64,000 nucleotides of DNA, taken from Gammaproteobacteria bacterium. GTDB taxonomy: Bacteria > Pseudomonadota > Gammaproteobacteria > HK1. The DNA is taken from assembly GCA_021773645.1 (NCBI GenBank), contig JAJFJU010000003.1, positions 119,495 to 183,494 on the forward strand, read 5' to 3'. The translations under genes were made by a program, and so were the position numbers. This document shows, one piece after another, positions 61,785-64,000 of the stretch (within the stretch, counting starts at the first letter, position 1; every line of letters starts with the position of its first letter). The notes below the pieces were generated by a model. The model was not told the DNA's origin. It saw only the letters and a list, made by a program, of their open reading frames with translations, and ran no database searches.

Positions 61785-62454
61785 ATCAGTTGAGGATTTA
61801 GAAATTCAGACTTTGTTAGGCCAGGGGGTAGTCGCCTTGGGGCTGGACGTCGGGATGGAGATACAGTCTCAGTTGCTTGATTTCCTGCGCTTGTTATCGC
61901 GCTGGAATCGCACCTACAATCTGACCGCGGTGCGGCAACCGCAGCAGATGGTCTCTTTGCATTTGCTGGATTCACTGACCGTTTTGCCCTACATCGAAGG
62001 TGATCGTTTACTCGATGTGGGTTGTGGCGCGGGTCTGCCGGGGATGGTGTTGGCGATGATGCGCCCGGATTTGCACTGCGTGTTGCTGGACAGCAATAGT
62101 AAAAAAACCCGTTTTTGCCTGCAGGCGATGGCGCAGCTGGGGCTTGATAACGTGGAGATAGTACATAGCCGAGTCGAGGCCTATGCGCCAGCACGGCTAT
62201 TCTCCAGTATCATCTGCCGGGCCTATACCTCGTTACGCAACTTTGTTGATGATGCGGAGCGTTTGTTGGTGCCGGGTGGCGCCTTGCTGGCGATGAAGGG
62301 CGAGTTGCCTGAAGTGGAACTCAAGACCCTGGATTTCACCCACACACGGCAGCGGGTGGTTGAGCTACAGCTACCCGGGGTTACAGCAGCAAGACATCTC
62401 ATCACGATGCATCCCACCGAGGTCGTTGGGGAGGAACAGAAAAGCCATGGCTAA
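61777..62454 (+). CDS. rsmG: 16S rRNA (guanine527-N7)-methyltransferase
   Basis: [14 protein letters not shown] and [10 protein letters not shown] motifs. The GTG at 61777 overlaps the mnmG stop by 8 nt. Confidence 0.9.
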   Translation: MPESVEDLEIQTLLGQGVVALGLDVGMEIQSQLLDFLRLLSRWNRTYNLTAVRQPQQMVSLHLLDSLTVLPYIEGDRLLDVGCGAGLPGMVLAMMRPDLHCVLLDSNSKKTRFCLQAMAQLGLDNVEIVHSRVEAYAPARLFSSIICRAYTSLRNFVDDAERLLVPGGALLAMKGELPEVELKTLDFTHTRQRVVELQLPGVTAARHLITMHPTEVVGEEQKSHG

Positions 62455-63229
62455 GACCGTCGCCGTTACCAACCAGAAGGGTGGGGTGGGGAAAACCACC
62501 ACCAGTATTAATTTAGCTGCTTCCCTCGCCGCCTCCCGTCGCAAGGTGTTGCTTATTGACATAGATCCCCAGGGCAATGCCACCATGGGCAGTGGGGTGA
62601 ACAAGGCGACTCTGGAACGCTCCAGTTATGACGTGTTGCTGGGACAAGCCAGCATGGAAGAGAGTGTGATTGCGGTGGAGCACAGTGGCTATCATCTGCT
62701 GCCGAGTAATGGCGATCTTACCGCTGCTGAGGTGGCGCTGCTGGATGAAATTGGTCGGGAGTTGCGCCTACGTCAGGCCCTTAGCAGCATTGAGGAGCGC
62801 TATGAATTTATCATCATCGATTGTCCGCCAGCGTTGAGTATGCTGACGGTTAATGCCCTGGCTGCGGCGGATAGTGTGCTGATTCCCATGCAATGTGAGT
62901 ACTACGCCCTTGAAGGCCTAGCCGCATTGCTGGATACAGTGGAAAAAATTCGCCGAATTCTTAATCCTGGGCTACGGGTTGAGGGGCTGCTGCGTACCAT
63001 GTTCGATGCTCGCAACAATCTCTCCGGCCAGGTGTCGGCGCAGTTGGTGAAGCACTTTGGTTCCAAGGTGTTCAGTACCATCATTCCCCGCAATGTGCGG
63101 TTGGCAGAGGCTCCTAGCCATGGTTTGCCGGCACTGCTGTATGATCGCAATTCTAGTGGAGCGCTGGCCTATCTCGCGCTCGCCAGTGAAATGGTGCAGC
63201 GCAATCACCGTCACCTGCGGGCGGTGTAG
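62447..63229 (+). CDS. parA: Chromosome partitioning ATPase ParA/Soj
   Basis: Deviant Walker A NQKGGVGKTT. The ATG at 62447 overlaps the rsmG stop. Confidence 0.95.
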   Translation: MAKTVAVTNQKGGVGKTTTSINLAASLAASRRKVLLIDIDPQGNATMGSGVNKATLERSSYDVLLGQASMEESVIAVEHSGYHLLPSNGDLTAAEVALLDEIGRELRLRQALSSIEERYEFIIIDCPPALSMLTVNALAAADSVLIPMQCEYYALEGLAALLDTVEKIRRILNPGLRVEGLLRTMFDARNNLSGQVSAQLVKHFGSKVFSTIIPRNVRLAEAPSHGLPALLYDRNSSGALAYLALASEMVQRNHRHLRAV

Positions 63230-63287
63230 TCAGTGTTTTTGAGCCGCCATTGGCGGCTATTTATCTTCAACCTCGGAAACTCTATAC

Positions 63288-64000
63288 ATGGTAAAGCGTA
63301 AGGGCTTGGGTCGTGGCCTGGATGCTTTGTTGGCGGGCTCTACCTCCAGCGAACTCCTGCACGGCGCTAACGATGGGGAATTGCGGGAGCTGCCGCTAGA
63401 CCGTATCCAACGTGGAAAATATCAGCCCCGCAAGCATATGGATGGTCAGGCGCTGCAAGACTTGGCGCAGTCCATTCGTGCCCGCGGGGTGGTGCAGCCC
63501 ATTGTAGTGCGGCTACGCGATGGCGGGCCGGATTACGAAATCATTGCCGGTGAAAGGCGCTGGCGTGCCGCGCAGTTAGCTGAGTGCGAACACATCCCGG
63601 CGGTGATTCGAGATGTCCCGGACGATGCCGCACTGGCCATTGCCCTGATTGAAAATATTCAGCGCGAGGATCTTAATGCCATGGAAGAGGCGCGCGCTCT
63701 GCGACGCCTCATCGATGAATTCGAGATGACCCATCAGCAAGCTGCTGAGGCGGTGGGCTGGTCGCGTGCGGCGGTAAGCAATCTGCTGCGCTTGCTTGAT
63801 CTGGACGCCGGTGTGGCGCAAATGTTAGAAGACGGCCAATTGGATATGGGCCATGGGCGGGCATTATTGGGCCTGGAGCCTGGTGCGCAACTGGCGACTG
63901 CCAAAGATGTCGTCAGGCGTGGGCTGTCGGCACGTGCAACCGAGGCTTTGGTACGGCATTTGAAGTCGGCAGGGGTGGGCAAAGCCGATAAAGATAGGCC
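63288..64000 (+). CDS. parB: Chromosome partitioning protein ParB/Spo0J, 3' end cut by the window edge
   Basis: MVKRKGLGRGLDALL, GERRWRAA and an HTH region. The frame is open to base 64000. Confidence 0.93.
   Translation, partial: MVKRKGLGRGLDALLAGSTSSELLHGANDGELRELPLDRIQRGKYQPRKHMDGQALQDLAQSIRARGVVQPIVVRLRDGGPDYEIIAGERRWRAAQLAECEHIPAVIRDVPDDAALAIALIENIQREDLNAMEEARALRRLIDEFEMTHQQAAEAVGWSRAAVSNLLRLLDLDAGVAQMLEDGQLDMGHGRALLGLEPGAQLATAKDVVRRGLSARATEALVRHLKSAGVGKADKDR

Noticed and set aside
63230-63287. A parS site near parAB.
   Set aside because: I found no TGTTNCACGTGNAACA-like palindrome in or around parA or the visible part of parB. It may lie outside the window.

Overview
This window looks like a core chromosomal segment of a moderately GC-rich gammaproteobacterium. 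The pilMNOPQ-aroK-aroB-(AAA/SPOR)-gltBD block and the polA/DUF2782 pairing resemble Pseudomonas-type synteny. I can support about 60 protein genes: cysNC, polA, hisAF, aspS, thiSG, two tandem GAPDH paralogs, argS, priA, mrcA, pilMNOPQ, aroKB, hemE, gltBD, mnmG-rsmG-parAB and others. There are also two tRNAs, Lys-UUU and Gly-CCC. I see no CRISPR array, transposase, integrase, prophage or recognisable defence gene, and I cannot point to a clear-cut new multi-gene system. Seven things are worth a second look. (1) A GAPDH-like paralog lacks the catalytic Cys and is translationally coupled (ATGA) to a canonical gap gene. (2) A five-gene minus-strand operon joins crcB-DUF190 (fluoride) to a GDCCVxC Cys-rich protein and a MerF-like transporter that lacks MerF's C-terminal Cys pair; no other mer genes are present. 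(3) A roughly 161-bp MITE-like hairpin family has arms that co-vary between copies, and one copy appears to supply the SD and start codon of a dGTPase-like gene. (4) There is a second MITE family and a REP/REPIN family. (5) An orphan ORF of about 430 aa runs through the gltD terminator and contains a near-T7-promoter string. (6) A membrane-spanning PP2C-FGE phosphatase lies near a Ser/Thr kinase with a cNMP-like domain. (7) Several intergenic palindrome arrays are present. All functional calls come from motif recognition by eye; no database search was run.
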